NCBI GenBank assembly: GCA_964016885.1 | Contig: OZ024742.1 | Location: 281,666,001-281,730,000, forward strand | Length of the DNA stretch: 64,000 nt | Source: Eledone cirrhosa | Lineage: Eukaryota | Direction of reading: 5' to 3' | Shown: positions 25,968 to 41,373 of the stretch, piece after piece | How the letters are laid out: every line of letters begins with the position of its first letter | How positions within the stretch are numbered: position 1 is the stretch's first letter | Notes under the pieces: model-generated | The model's database searches: none | Told to the model about the DNA's origin: nothing | Seen by the model: the letters and a program-made list of their open reading frames with translations, nothing else | Program-made: the position numbers and the translations under genes

Positions 25968-26648
25968 ATATATATATATATACACACACACACCAATAAC
26001 CATACATATCTCCTTCCTCAGAGCTGAGAGTGTCTATCTGCAACAACATCTTTAGTGATTGTGCCGCAAAAATGCACCTATTACACTCCATAAGGCTGGT
26101 TGGTGAAGGTTGGTGAAGGGTGAGCATCCCATTATAGAAACCATGTCTAAAAGAGTTGAGAGGACCTTTAATTGTGTCAAAGACACAACAAACTCTCCAC
26201 TTTTGGAGATCTACATGATAAACGGACTCAGTGTACGCTATAAAGTGGTTGATGATAGAAGGGGCACCCAGCCGTAGAAAGCCTGCCAAACAAATGGTTC
26301 AGAGGACCCTTTAGTTGAGCCAAGGATACGACAGCCTCTCTAGTGCTGGTGATCTACTCAATAAAATCATCCAGTACACCCTGGAGTACTGTTGGTGTTA
26401 TGAAGGACGTAAAATATTTGCCAAACAAGGAGTTGAGAGGTGCTTATCTATCTGTGACCATATACATGACAACTTTTCTGCACTCTTTATGACCTTATGT
26501 AAGTGGGATACCGACTCCTCTGCGTGACTGTGAGGTCAATAGCCCCACTTCAGTACATATTTGATCTATGTAGATCCATCCAACCCTTTCCAGCAGGACG
26601 TTAAATGTTGAGGATGATGGGGATGATGATGATGACGATATATATATA

Positions 26649-27095
26649 CTAGCAGAGGTACCCGGCGTTGCTCGGGTATTAAATAGCAGTTGTGTATACC
26701 ATTTATGTCAATACTTCAGTGCTGCTTCGAAAACTATACTTTTACAAAATCAACGGCTTTTTCCAAAAGAGGGTTCCTGCCCCCAGGGGTCCCCTACTCA
26801 ATATGTCCAATTCTGAGAGTTCACATTCATCTGTAGGAGAAACGTAGCTCATATGTCAAGTTTTGTGAAAATCGGTTGCGAACTCCAGAAGTTATGGCGT
26901 TTTGTTGCATTGCACTGCAATGCTTCAGTCGACCCCAAGGAAGTGGTTAAAGTGGTTAAAGAGGGTTATCTGCCGGGAGGCCCTATAATCAATATCTGGA
27001 GAAATGAAAATGCCCATGACCATCCGGAGTATTTAAGTAACCTATGTCTTAAGTTTGGTGAAAATACTGTAGAAATGCATAGGGTTCATACATAC
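26649..27095 (-). mobile_element. Non-autonomous Helitron-like element (3' terminus at 26649)
   Basis: Minus strand reads tacccgagcaacgccgggta (hairpin), cctctg, CTAG, then (TA)n. The other boundary is uncertain. Confidence 0.55.
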
Positions 27096-27723
27096 GCGCG
27101 CGCGTGCGCGCGTGCGCGCGTGTGTGTGTTTGTGGGTGTGTATGTATTTGTGTGTGCGTATGTATGTGTATGTCCGTCGGGGCATACGTATGTACTGGCC
27201 AAAATCTTCACTATTTACTTTTACTATTTTAATAACCTCTGTCATTTTCGTTTTCAATTTTATTTACATCTTTCTTAAACTCCGGGGCTGGAAATCATTC
27301 TGTTATTTTAAATAGAATATTAGTCTAACGACTCCATTTATAGCATAAACTTGGTCTTGTCTTTGCATGAAATTGTTCTTCTCGGTCCACATAACGACGT
27401 ACTATCCTCGCTTGTTTCCGTTCATTGCCAGGGAACGTCTTCACAAACCAAAATATCGTCTTCCTGTTTTCCTTCGGCTGCAACGTTTCTCGAAATATTT
27501 ACTTCTGCGTTCACAGATTACTCTCAGTTCAATTTGAATGGGAAATTCCTGTTTCATCGATTTTCTCCGTAACCATGGAAGCTTGTAGCATGAAAGTCGA
27601 CCCAACTCCTCCTCTGGTCATTCTGCATAACTGTGTAAATTTTCGCTGCATTCTACCAAGCCATTTCGACGTTTATCCGACTACACCTACATATACAACG
27701 TCCGACCACTTCCAATTGATATA

Positions 27724-27758
<35 letters not shown>

Positions 27759-30700
27759 GTGTTAGTAAAATTGTCTCGCATTCTGAATATGGTGAGTGGG
27801 AAAAGATTTCAATCAATTTAGACTATCCTCACAATTTCAAGACCTAAATTCCGTTTATGGGTATTCAAAGTATAAGAAACAAATGAGAGAGAGAGAGAGA
27901 GAGAAAGATCTGCTATAGCCTGATCAGATCTACGTTTTATGTTCTTCTCGGTCCACATAACAATGCTGTGTAAGGGGACCTTTCCTATATGACAACTTCG
28001 TGAACGCACTAAACGTGATTCGATATTATTTGATCGCCTCAGCGAAGCTTATTCATTTAACAAGATGAAGAGTTTAAACCACTCAAAACTAGAAAAAATT
28101 GAGAAAGAAAATAAGGGCCGATTATGTGTGTCAATGAAGTGTAGAAGATAAAATGCTTGAAGGGATTATGTGTACATATGTTTCTCATTTTAACTAATCA
28201 CCAATTCATGTTTGATATAATATTAAATAATTGTAGGTCTTGTTTCACTAACAATCGCCTATGGTTTAAATACCAATCAATAATTTACTGATCCTATAAG
28301 TCCTAATTAAGTCGTCGTGGGCCACCTTACGGCGTGATTTGCACGTTTTAAAATTAGAAGTGATGATTCCTCAGAAGGTCTGACTACGGCCGATTTCTTC
28401 TAGAAAATTAAAGAGAGAGAAACGGAGGAAAGAGAGGGTGTGGTAGAGAAGAAGAAGAAGAAGAAGAAGAAGAAGAAGAAGAAGAAGAAGAAGAAGAAGA
28501 AGAATTCTCCCCAACAAGACTGGAACTCTATTTATAGGCCCCTAAAGAATGAAAGTTAAAGATGGTGACGTGTAGATTTGACCTCAGTAGAGCGGGAATT
28601 AATACGTAAAGTGTGTTAACGCTTAATCGAGTATTACAATATCTGAAATATATGTATAACATATCAAGGATTGAGCCTCTACATCAGGATTGGGCAAACT
28701 CTTTTAATACTAGAGTTGAGGTTAATACGGATGAATATGTGCTGAAAAAAATGGTTGTTATATGCTTACTTTTTACTCGATGTGTTCATTTCTTTTGCAC
28801 AGGAAAGAACTTGCTGCAAAGATGAATTATTTTTACTTAAAATGTCCTGTGCCACATGAAATCGCATTAGCAAGGCAATCGTGAGAAATGCAAAACGGCA
28901 TTATAACTGTTTCTCTTTAAATCTTTTTACTTAACTATTGTGAGTTTTCAAAACGGTCTGTGTACTCGTAAATGTGGTATAAATATTTGAATTAACATAC
29001 TATATGAAATTTTATTAGCAAGATATTTTTGAAAAGTACGAAATAGTACTTTAACTATATCACATTAAAACGTTATGCTTTTGCTCTAATATAGCAACTT
29101 TTCACCTGAAGGTGTACCCTATGTGATACTATGAACATTTGAATATAATCCTACGCATTAAACTGTATTATCAAGATATTTTTCAAAAGGGATACAAACC
29201 ATTACCGATACGATTGCTTTGCATTGGAAATTGAAGCTTTTTCACTAATATTACAAATTTTCCCAATGATTGGTTCAACTAGTAATGAAACTATAATCAT
29301 TTGAATTAATAAACCCGTTTTTAGATATTTTCCGATAATTCATTACAGAATATTAAGATTTAATTAGATAAAAACGGTCATGTTACATTTTATTTTATTC
29401 ACTGAATAATTATTCAAATTCAAATGTCTGTTACGTTTAAGTTGTAATATTTGTGTAGCATATATTTCTCTAATGTTTGTATACAGCTCCTCGTTTCCTC
29501 TTTCTTTAATATCGTCAGTACGAATTAATCAGAGGTTTTGCAAATTATGCACGCGATCACATCAAGCAACATTAATTAAAATGTTACAATGCATTAATTA
29601 ACAACGTAGTTGTATCATTTGAAATAACGAAACACCAAAGACGATACAGAGTATAAATGTTTGCTGTATTAGATTTAATTTAAAAAATTCTTATTTTGCA
29701 TCTTAATGAAAAGTTTGGATCTAATTTATTTTGAAACCCTCAGAGATGTAAAGAAGAATTAATGATTCAATAATTCTTAGTTTGCAAGATTTTGTATTAT
29801 CCGTAGGTCTAGCACGTGATTATTGACTAAATTTCATGTTCAGAAAAAAGAAACTCTGCACATGGGTAATTGGTAGAAATCTGGCGTGATTTCTAATGTG
29901 TGATACCTCAAAGATGGTATAACGTATGAATCTAAGTTATGGGCTTACATCCGATTTTCCATGCTTGCAAGGATTATATGACGGCCGAAGCTTAACTTCG
30001 TTTCACAGGCTTTAAGCTATAACATTTCCTGCCCTCGCAGGATGGGATGTCAATTATCGCTGAGCTACCCTCACGCTGTTGCTGGTACTCATTTAATTCA
30101 ACTGAGTGAACTGGAGCATCATGCAATGAAGTGTCATGCACAAGCACATGAAGCCCCATCTGGTCCAGGAATAGAATTCAAAACCTTTTAACCCTAAGTG
30201 CAACACCCTAACCAGTAAGTCGCGTGCCTTCATGTGGGATACAACTCATGATTCGCTAATTCTATCTTAATTTACATTATTTTCCTTAAGTCTAGCACGT
30301 GAGTGATTCTTGGCTAAACATAATGTCACATTGGTAAGTGATGTAATCTTTAATATGTGATTCCGAAAAAAATCGCAAGTGTTCAACGTCTACATATCTA
30401 TTATATAGGTATCCCAAAGTATTTTCTAAACACATACATAGATTCTCTCTCACACACACACACATTTGCGCCATCATCACCACTGCTACCACATCTGCAA
30501 CCACCACAATTACTAACACCCTTATACCCACTAGCACCACTAAACTATGATGGGGTGTTACTACTCATGGAGTCACACAGGTGCCTTCGGGGTGATTGAT
30601 ACCTGACGGAGCGGATTCTTTTCCAGGTATGAACACAGACGGTTTCATTAAGAGACGAGGGAAATGAGAGGGAGAGAGTAAAAAAGGATGAGAGAGAAAG

Positions 30701-30899
30701 AAACAAACTAACGAACAAAGAAGAGAAAGAAAGAGAGAAATGCGAGAAGTACTGAGCTGGTTTTCTTTGTATCAACCTTGAAAGAATGACAAGCAAAGCT
30801 GATCTCGGCGAGATTTGAACTTAGAGCGCAGAGAGCTGAAATAGATATACATACCATTCTATCCGACGTTCTAATTAGCTGCCAATAACGTCCCTAATG

Positions 30900-31860
30900 C
30901 CACCATTATTATAACCACTATCAACACCAACATCATCACAAACACCACCACTACTACCACCACTACCATCACCAATATCACCACCACCATCACCACTACC
31001 ATCACTAACATCAACACCACCACTACCAAAAAGAAATGCCACCACAATCACCACAAACACCACCACCATCACTAACATCAACATCACCACTACCAACAAA
31101 AATGCCACCACTACCACCACAAACACCACCACCACAACCACCATCACCACTACCATCACTAACATCCACACCACCACTACCAACAAAAATACCACCACTG
31201 CTACCACAAACACCACCACCACAACCACCATCACCACTACCATCACTAACATCAACAACACCACTACCAACAAAAATGCCACCACTGCTACCACAAACAC
31301 CACCACCACAAACACCACCACTACCATCACTAACAGCAACACCACCACTTCCAACAAAAATGCCACCACTACCACCACAAACACCACCACTACCACCACA
31401 AACACCACCACTACCATCACTAACATCAACACCACCACTTCCAACAAAAATGCCACCACTACCACCACAAACACCACCACCACAACCACCATCACCACTA
31501 CCATCACCACTACCATCACTAACATCCACACCACCACTTCCAACAAAAATGCCACCACTGCTACCACAAACACCACCACCACAAACACCATCACCACTAC
31601 CATCACTAACATCAACAACACCACTACCAACAAAAATACCACAACTGCTACCACAAACACCACCACCACAAACACCATCATCACTACCATCACTAACATC
31701 CACACCACCACTTCCAACAAAAATACCATCACTACCACCACAAACACCACCACCATCACCAACATCAACTCCACCACCACTACCAACAACCACCAATACC
31801 ATCACCAACTTCACCACCACCACCACCACCATCACCAACTTCAACGTCAACACTACCAAC
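30900..31860. repeat. ACC-rich minisatellite
   Basis: Recurring unit ccaacaaaaatgccaccact.c.accacaaacaccaccacc..ccatcactaacatc, about 80-110 bp. Confidence 0.9.
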
Positions 31861-32284
31861 AATATCACCGCCACCGCAAATAAACAATGCCGATAATATT
31901 TAGATGTTTCCATGAGGTGACGTTCATGAGGCATTCACATGTTAACAATTTCACTAAATCCATCTTTTACTGGCGAAAGATTTGCGGATTTAGAGATGGG
32001 GGAGTGAGGGTTAGCAAAGAGGGGATGATACAAATTAGGAGGAAGTTGAGAGTGGTGAAATGAGGAAGAGCACAGAAAGAAAGAAAAGAAAGAAAACCGA
32101 ATAGTTGATAGAAAGAAAACCGAATAGTTGGGTTAGGAAGAGGGATAAATATGTATATATATATATATATATATATAAAAGGAACGATCGACTTTCGTCA
32201 AATCCGACCGAGGAAACAATGTTTCCGCAGGTCTTTCCAGTTGCTAGTACTATCTATCGGTCGCAACTCCAGGTAGAATGATCA

Positions 32285-32385
32285 ACGTGAAATAAAGTGT
32301 CTTGCTCAAGGACATAACGCATCGCCCGGCCCAGGAATCGAACTCACAACCTGAAGATTGTGAATCCAATTCTCTGACCACTCAC
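32285..32385 (-). mobile_element. tRNA-derived SINE head (family S2); related copies at about 30000-30230 (-) and 41900-42130 (+)
   Basis: Minus strand has box B gagttcgattcc, followed by gttatgtccttgagcaagacactt. Confidence 0.6.
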
Positions 32386-32583
32386 ATATATATATATATA
32401 TATATATATATGATTTTTTGTCTTTAATTTTCCGGTGTTTACTCCACCCCCCTCCCTACGTTTTTCTGTTTCTTTTTCCCTTCCCCGTCTCTGCCTATCT
32501 TCGCACTCACCCCTTCGTTCACTCCACCCCGCTTCACACCCCCGCCCTCTCATCCCTCCCCCTGCTTTCACCCAACGCCCATC

Positions 32584-35395
32584 ATGGCCAACCTGAGATC
32601 CTTTCTCCACCAACTCCACAATCGCCTCAAACTTGTCCTCACCCCCCACCTTCCACCCTGCTATCTCCCCTCCGCCCTTCAACTCTCCTACCTCTCTTCG
32701 CCAAAACCCGGCACTCCAGCCACATCCATTTCCTCAGCCACTGCCTCCGCCTCCACCTTATCCCCCTCGGCTTCCGTCTACACTTCCACCCCTCCCCCGC
32801 TGCTTCCCCCTCCACGCAACGTATCCTCACCCGATCCTCACGCCTTCTGATGCGCAACTCCATCCGCGCCTCCCGTTCCACCCTCCGCCTACTTGACCAC
32901 CAACTGACCCCCACCCTCCTCCGCCTTTACTCCACCTGCCACCCCCTCCTCGCCCAAGCCATTCTCTCCTTCATGCACAACCTCAACCACAACCTCTTCT
33001 CGTTCCTCAGCTCCACCAAAGCCCGCAAGCTACACTCACTCCTCCCAACCCCCCACATCCACCACCACCCGCCCATCCCCATACGCCCACCACTCTCCAC
33101 CTCTCCCCCGACCCACATCCCCACCCAATCTCCACCCTCCACCTCACCCTTCACCACACCCTCCCTTCCCTCCCCAAACCCCCAAACCCCACCCCTTGTT
33201 GTCACCATACCCCCTGACCTCCCCCTCTCCGCACCTGAGCGCTCACTCCTTAGTAGAGGCCTTCGCTTCATACCCCACACTCCGCTCAGCGACGAGTTCC
33301 GCACCCGAACGGAAGTCGAGCGATTCGTGCGACGCACTAAGCTACAGGCACATTTCAGCCGAACGCCACCGGCTCCGGACGCCCCAGACCCGTTTCTCGC
33401 CCTGGGCCGACGACCATCTTCTTGGACGCCGGCCCCAGGGCAATTTAGCACCCTGGACGCCTTCGTCGATGCCAGCCGTAGCGCAGTAAATCGTTTCGAC
33501 TTCCGCCACCGTTCCAAACGGCACAACATCTCACGGGGCGAACTCCTCGCTCTCCGCTCCCTCCGTAGCCGAGATGACATCGTCATCAAACCGGCGGACA
33601 AGGGAGGCGCCGTGGTGGTATGGCGCGCGGACCTCTACACGGCCGAAGCCCTCAGGCAGCTCTGTAACCCCCTCTTTTACCGCCCTCTACCCTCCGATCC
33701 CACCCCCCTCTACCAACAGCAAGTCTCCTCCACCATCAAAGACCTTATCGCCTCCTCCCTCCTCCCCCCCACCGCTTCCCATCTCATCGTCCGCACCCCC
33801 CGCACCCCTACCATCTACTTCCTCCCCAAACTCCCCAAACCCGACAACCCCGACCGCCCCATCGTCTCCGCTTGCAACTGCCCAACCGAACTCATCTCCG
33901 CCTTTCTCGACTCCCTCCTCGCCCCCTTGTCACCACCCTCCCCTCCCACATCTCTGACACAAACCACGCCCTGCGCTTTTTCGACTCCTTCACCTACCTA
34001 CCCGGCCCTCAGCCATTCCTCTTCACCCTAGACATCAAGTCCCTCTATACAGTCATACCCCACGCCGACGGCCTTCGCGCCCTCAAACACTACCTCGACC
34101 TTCGCCCCTCCCCCATTCCCTCCACCCCCACCCTCCTTCGCCTCGCGGAGCTGGTCCTCACCCTAAATTGTTTCTCCTTCTCGGGTGAGTTTTACCAACA
34201 GGTCACGGGGGTAGCCATGGGCACAAGAATGGGCCCGAACTATGCCAACCTTTTTGTTGGCCATGTTGAGGCCCAAATCTTTGCCCAGTACACCGGCCCC
34301 ACGCCCGAACTGTACGGTCGTTACATTGACGACTGTATCGGAGCCACGACCCTCACCCGAGTACAGCTCGACTCCTTTCTCTCCTGCTTCTGCTCCTTCC
34401 ACCCCTCCCTCCACTTCACCACCTCTATCTCCACCACCCACGTCCACTTCTTGGACATCTCCGTCGCCTTCGACCCCTCCCACCACTCCCTCGTCACCTC
34501 CGCCTTCTTCAAACCCACCGACTCCCACTCTTACCTCGACTTCACCTCTTCCCACCCCACCCACACTAAACTCTCCATTCCCTACTCCCAACTTCTCAAG
34601 ATCCGCCGCCTCTGTAGCCGAGATGCTGACTTCGAGTCCCAGGCCCTTTCCCTAGTCAGCCATTTCATCCGCAGAGGTTACCCCCCCCTCTCTCTCCACA
34701 CCGCTCTCACCCGCGCCCGTGCTATCCCCCGCTCCACCACCCTCACGCCACGCCACCGCACACCCACCCACCGTCTCCCCTTCCCCATCACCTACCACCC
34801 CTCCACCTTACCCCTCCACCGCACCATCCGCCGCCTCTTCCGACGCCTCCAGTCCGACCCCTGCACCTCCCACATCTTCCCAAACCCACCACTCCCCTCC
34901 TTCAAACGCGCACGCAATCTCCGCACCCTCCTCGTCCACAGCTCCCTACCCCCCAACCCACGCTCCGTTTCACCCCCCGGTTCCTTCCCCTGTTCTAGGC
35001 CCCGCTGCAACACCTGTCCCCACATCACCAACACCACCACCTTCCAGGGTCCCAACGGCCACCCTCTCTCGGTCCGGCATGCCTTCCGCTGCACCTCCTC
35101 CAACCTACTCTACGGACTTCGTTGCACGGAGTGCAGCGCGACTTAAGTCGGACAGACGGGACGTCGCCTGGCGGACCGAGTCACGGAGCACCTCCGGGAT
35201 ATTCGTCTCGGGGTCAGTTCCCCCATCGCTCGCCACTTTGGTGGCCCTGGACACTCCGCACGCCATCTCACAGTCTGTGGCCTACTCCAGTGCCACGGAA
35301 CACCCGTCCATCGCCTTACGGTCGAACAACGAACTATCTTCATCTTACAGACCCACACTCCCCCCGGCCTGAACTCCCCACCCTTATTCCTTTAG
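32584..35395 (+). pseudogene. PLE3 RT + GIY-YIG (frameshifts near 32695 and 33930; TAA at 35144 replacing the Tyr of YVG)
   Basis: HFLSHC..LIPLGF, SRGLRFIP, KPADKGGAVV, LDIKSLYT, GVAMG, RYIDD, CSRPRCNTC, YGLRCTEC..*VGQTGRRLADR..EH..RHF..PGLN. Confidence 0.9.
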
Positions 35396-36721
35396 CGTTC
35401 GACCGTCCCCCTCCCCCCACACTTATTCCCCACTAACACCACTAACACACCCCTCCTTTTCACCGCCCACCCCACACTAACAATACTAACACCTCCACTC
35501 CACCCCTCATCTGACCACCCTTCCCCAACTAACATACTAACATCCCTTCCCTCCCCTCTTCTCCTCGTCCCCCCTTCTTATCATACGCACACACGCACCC
35601 ACTTACACCACCCACCCCACACGCAACTAACATCACTAACACCCTCCAACCCCACGCACACGTACCCACATACCCTCGTACACCACCAACTCTACACACC
35701 CTATCCCCACTAACCCCCACTCACACCTGCATTCCACCCCTCCCCACCTCCCGTATACTAACACCCACTAACACCTCTTCACCAAACTACACACACACCA
35801 GCACACCACACTCCCTCCATAGAAACACACACACCCTTCTCTCCCCTCTCCACACTCACTCATCCCACTAACACCCCTACTAATACACACACACAAACAC
35901 ACACACACACACCCTCCTCACTCCAACTCTCACACCTACCCATCCTCGCCTCCCTACCATTCCGCCGACTGCTGCTATGCCCTTCCGACCACTGTCTCAG
36001 CACCAACTGACCACAGCACTCCCACTGCTGACCACTTCCTGTTGCGCGCGCACCCCACATCTCTCCTCTTCCGACCACCGCTTCTTGGATTACCCACACG
36101 CGATATTGACTTCTAACCAAAATCTCCAAACATCCGTGTAACTTACCAACTTTTCAACCATCCTCTTACACCATCACCTATATAACTCACCCACACACAC
36201 ACCCCAAAAATTTTTTTATCCACACGCCACCCACACCCACAACACGCGTAAACCACACACACGTGCTTCCCACCACATATTTACACTCTCAGCCTCCTGA
36301 TTCCTCTCCCCCCACCCCCCTATCCACACACGCACAGACCCTCCGACCCACAAAAACCCACCTCACACACACCTTCCTGAACATGCAACCCCGTTCTTCC
36401 CCAAACCCTCACTTTCACATACACACACACACACACACACACGCACACCTAACCACACACACCACCTTCAGCCCTCCCCGCTCGGACACCCCGTCTCTCT
36501 CTCCCCACTCCACCACCTGTTTACCACCCTTTTAATTTCAGTTTATTTTGATCATGCCTTTATTTTTAAATTTTCTCATTCCTTGTATTTTGATCATGCT
36601 TTATTTTTATTAATTATTTATTATATTTTTGTCTTTATTTGTTAATTTTTTGTTTCCATTCGCTATATGTCTCTCCACCACTCCCCTACACACCTTTTGA
36701 ACTCTGTTCCCACACACTTCT

Positions 36722-36754
36722 CACCTGAAGAAGAGCTTATGCCCGAAACGTCGT
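36722..36754 (+). ncRNA. Minimal hammerhead motif in PLE3 3' end
   Basis: CTGAAGA-agagcttatgccc-GAAA-cg-TC. Stem I is weak. Confidence 0.6.
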
Positions 36755-36855
36755 CCCCCACCTACCCCCCACTCTCCTGAGTGTGAATTTAATAAACATT
36801 TATCGTACTGCCTCTCTGTTCTGTCCCTGTTCAATTTTTCATTATATATATATAT

Positions 36856-37092
36856 ATATTTCGAACGTTCAACTATCTGGCAGATGGGTATACGGTGCTG
36901 GTGATAGCTAACAAGCTTGAAACTAGTACATCGTTCCTGTGTCAGTGTTGAACAAAAAGGTGACGTGGTTGCCTTAACACCGTATGGCATAAATTCACGT
37001 TTTTCAGTTTGTTTACAAACGAACAAAGCGGCGTTATAATAAGCGTCCGCTAAACTGATGCGTGCATATATGTATGTGTACCTATATGTATA

Positions 37093-37165
<73 letters not shown>

Positions 37166-37610
37166 GCATGCTACTGTACGTCTGTATACATATATGTATA
37201 TACGTATACATACATACTTACATTTAAGTAAGTGCCATACTAAGAGTGAGAAATGAAATTTCGTTTTCTGGGGGTTTTTTTAAAACTTATCGTTTTCGGT
37301 ATGCCTGACCGATTTAACTCACTCAACATGCAAATTAGGCTGCTCAGCCGTTAATTTTCATAAGGAAAGTATATACTTTCGAACGTTCAACTATCTGGCA
37401 GATGGGTATACGGTGCTGATGATAGCTAACAAGCTTGAAACTAGTACATCGTTCCTGTGTCAGTGTTGAACAAAAAGGTGTCGTGATTGCCTTAACACCG
37501 TATGGCATAAATTCAGACTGTTCAGTTTGTTTACAAACGAACAAAGCGGCGTTATAATAAGCGTCCTCTAAACTGATGCGTGCATATATGTATGTGTACC
37601 TGTATGTATA

Positions 37611-37698
<88 letters not shown>

Positions 37699-38281
37699 TG
37701 TATATGCATGCTACTGTACGTCTGTATACATATATGTATGTACGTATACATACATACTTACATTTAAGTAAGTGCCATACTAAGAGTGAGAAATGAAATT
37801 TCGTTTTCTTTTTTTTTTTTCAACTTATCGTTTTCGGTATGCCTGACCGATTTAACTCACTCAATATGCAAATTAGGCTGCTCAGCCGTTAATTTTCATA
37901 AGGAAAGTATATACTTTCGAACGTTCAACTATCTGGCAGATGGGTATACGGAGCTGATGATAGCTAACAAGCTTAAAACTAGTACATCGTTCCTGTGTCA
38001 GTGTTGAACAAAAAGGTGACGTGGTTGCCTTAACACCGTATGGCATAAATTCAGGCTGTTCAGTTTGTTTACAAACGAACAAAGCGGCGTTATAATAAGC
38101 GTCCGCTAAACTGATGCGTGCATATATGTATGTGTACCTGTATGTATATATATGTATATGCATGTTACTGTACGTCTGTATACATATATGTATGTACGTA
38201 TACATACATACTTACATTTAAGTAAGTGCAATACTAAGAGTGAGAAATGAAATTTCGTTTTCTGGGTTTTTTTTCAACTTA
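36856..38281 (+). mobile_element. HHR tandem repeat family A, about 2.8 units
   Basis: HHR cores at 36898 (CTGGTGA mutant), 37416 (intact) and 37954 (GAAA to AAAA mutant). Unit lengths 518/538 bp differ because of internal (TA)n. Confidence 0.85.
37410..37452 (+). ncRNA. Type I hammerhead ribozyme (family A)
   Basis: acggtg-CTGATGA-tagctaacaagctt-GAAA-ctag-TA-catcgt. Confidence 0.85.
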
Positions 38282-38293
38282 TATATATCTATA

Positions 38294-38912
<619 letters not shown>

Positions 38913-39164
38913 AACATATATATATATATACATATATGTAGAGGTTCTATTTAAATTGTTGGGATGCAACAAGCAAATATTTTTATAACTGATATAAAGC
39001 ACTCAACAAATTATTGGAGTAAAAATACGATATATTATCAAATGGAAACTATATTTATGAAACCTAATTTGTTTCATTATACATATATATATACATATAC
39101 ATATATATATGTATATATATATACATATATATGTGTATATATATATAGATATATATATGTATAA

Positions 39165-39342
39165 ACTTGACTGTCACCACTGTATCTGACCCTGAAGATT
39201 GCGAAAGCATGAAAGTACTTGTTCAATTAACACTTAACATTTAATATTCTACCATACTATTTCATTATAATATCATTATAATTTGAAAAGGATTCTAAAT
39301 AAAACGAGTAAATCAGACAAAGTTGCAATTCCTTGTATTAAT
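39165..39342 (+). mobile_element. Solo, diverged PLE1 pseudo-LTR with HHR (39187-39225)
   Basis: Reverse complement of about 3474-3650. CTGAAGA-ttgcgaaagcat-GAAA-gtac-TT-gttca. Confidence 0.85.
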
Positions 39343-39399
39343 ATATATATATATATATACACATATATATGTTATATATATACATATATATGTATATAC

Positions 39400-39436
<37 letters not shown>

Positions 39437-39666
39437 TATATACATATGTATACATATATATATACATATATATATACATACATATATATATATATATGTA
39501 CATATATATATGTGCATATATGTATAAATATGTATATATACATGTATATGTATATACATATATATACATATATATATATGTTTAGATATGTATATGTATA
39601 TATATAAACATATATATGTATACACATATATGTATATATATACATATATATATATGCTCACGCACG

Positions 39667-39727
<61 letters not shown>

Positions 39728-41154
39728 CCATATATATATATATATACATATATATACCTGTGTATACATACATACACACACGCACGCGCACACACACATA
39801 TCTATATGTATACACATACATGGTGGCTGCCAACTCGTTTTCGAGTACGGCCACTACTTTATATCCATGTAGGAGAACCCCTACCGAAACAGCCAGTGAC
39901 TTGAAAACTCTGGTACAAACACTACACTTGTGACAATTATTGACACATAGTGCTGGGCCCATGGTACCATGTGACGACAAGTGCAGAGAGATCTCCAGAT
40001 ATAAAGCAATGCCTGTGCCGTAAAGCTTTTATAGTGAGCAAAGGCACTGCACAAAGCCAGTCCCACTCTCTTAACCAAGATTATATTTACCAAAAAGAAG
40101 AACAAGTGAACACCATTGGATACCATCAGGGTTGCAAGTGTTATATCAGAGTTTTCCTTCTCCTGGAATTCTGCCTTGACAAAGGCTAAGGGGTCATCAT
40201 TCCCGGTGATTTTGGATGGCCATTGACTATTAAGAGCTCATTTGCCCTTTGACAGGTTTTGTTTTAAGTCCTGCAGAATTTCCAGTCACCCTCCTCACCA
40301 AGAAACCTTGGTGAGGTTGTCAGTTTAGTCGCCAACGACCCGACCATGAGACAGGTTGTACTGGGATACATGTTACCAGTAGCACCAACAGGTGACCTGA
40401 CATACACATACATACATACATACATACATACATACATACATACATACATACATACATACATACATACATACATACAGGTTGTATCCAGCAGATAGTCATG
40501 ATGACGATGACGATGACAACAACGATGAGAGGAGGACAAATTAGGAAGTGGGGGACGGGGGGGGGGGGTATGGGGAAAGCGGTAAGAGTTGAGCAAGAGG
40601 AAAGAACCTTAATTAACTTTGATTATTTCCACACCATTAAGGTTAGGTTATCAGTAAGCTTAATCAGGGCTCCTTAATCAATGTAGTGACGCTGTTGCCG
40701 TCGCTGTTGTTGGTAATGGGGCGGAGCTGGTTGTTGTAGTTGTCTGGTTGTTTACGTTGTTTCTGTGTTGGTGGCTGTGGCTGTTGTTGTGGTCACAAGT
40801 TGTTGTTGTTATTGTCAATATATGATTACCGTTGCAGTGGCTGTGGTTGTATTTATTTGTGTTATTGTTGTTTTTCTTTTGTTTTTCTTTTGTTCTGTGT
40901 AGTTGATGTGGTTGATGCTTATGTTTAGTGTTGTTGTAATATATTTCTGTGGTTTCATGATGACGACAATCATGATGATGATTATGGAAGAAAATGGAAT
41001 GGTGATGATGGCGGCGGCGCTGGTGGTGCTGGTGTTGTTGTTGTTGGTGGTGGTGTAGGTGGTAACAGTTGGAGTAATAGTGTTGAGTATGACAAGTGAT
41101 AATACAGGCGGTATTATCTTTGTGATTATATACGGTGCGTTAGTTATGCATGCA

Positions 41155-41205
<51 letters not shown>

Positions 41206-41293
41206 ATATATGTATATATATATTATATGTGTGTGTGTTTGTGAGTGTATGTATTATATATATATAGAGAGAGAGAGAGAAAGAGAGAGAGAA

Positions 41294-41373
<80 letters not shown>

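Larger units (their letters stand above)
32412..36842 (+). mobile_element. Near full-length C-rich Penelope-like element PLE3 (Neptune-like)
   Basis: Bounded by (TA)n on both sides. RT and GIY-YIG, a long C/A-rich 3' UTR, an HHR and AATAAA near the 3' end. Confidence 0.92.

Noticed and set aside
30875-31934. Mucin-like, Gly-rich and Val-rich 286-304-aa ORFs
   Set aside because: Open frames on both strands arise from an ACC-rich minisatellite lacking stops. No splice or domain evidence.
40270-40400. HDV-like ribozyme in an RTE-like 5' UTR fragment (minus strand)
   Set aside because: Only a cctcaccaag/cttggtgagg hairpin is evident. I could not assign the nested double pseudoknot.
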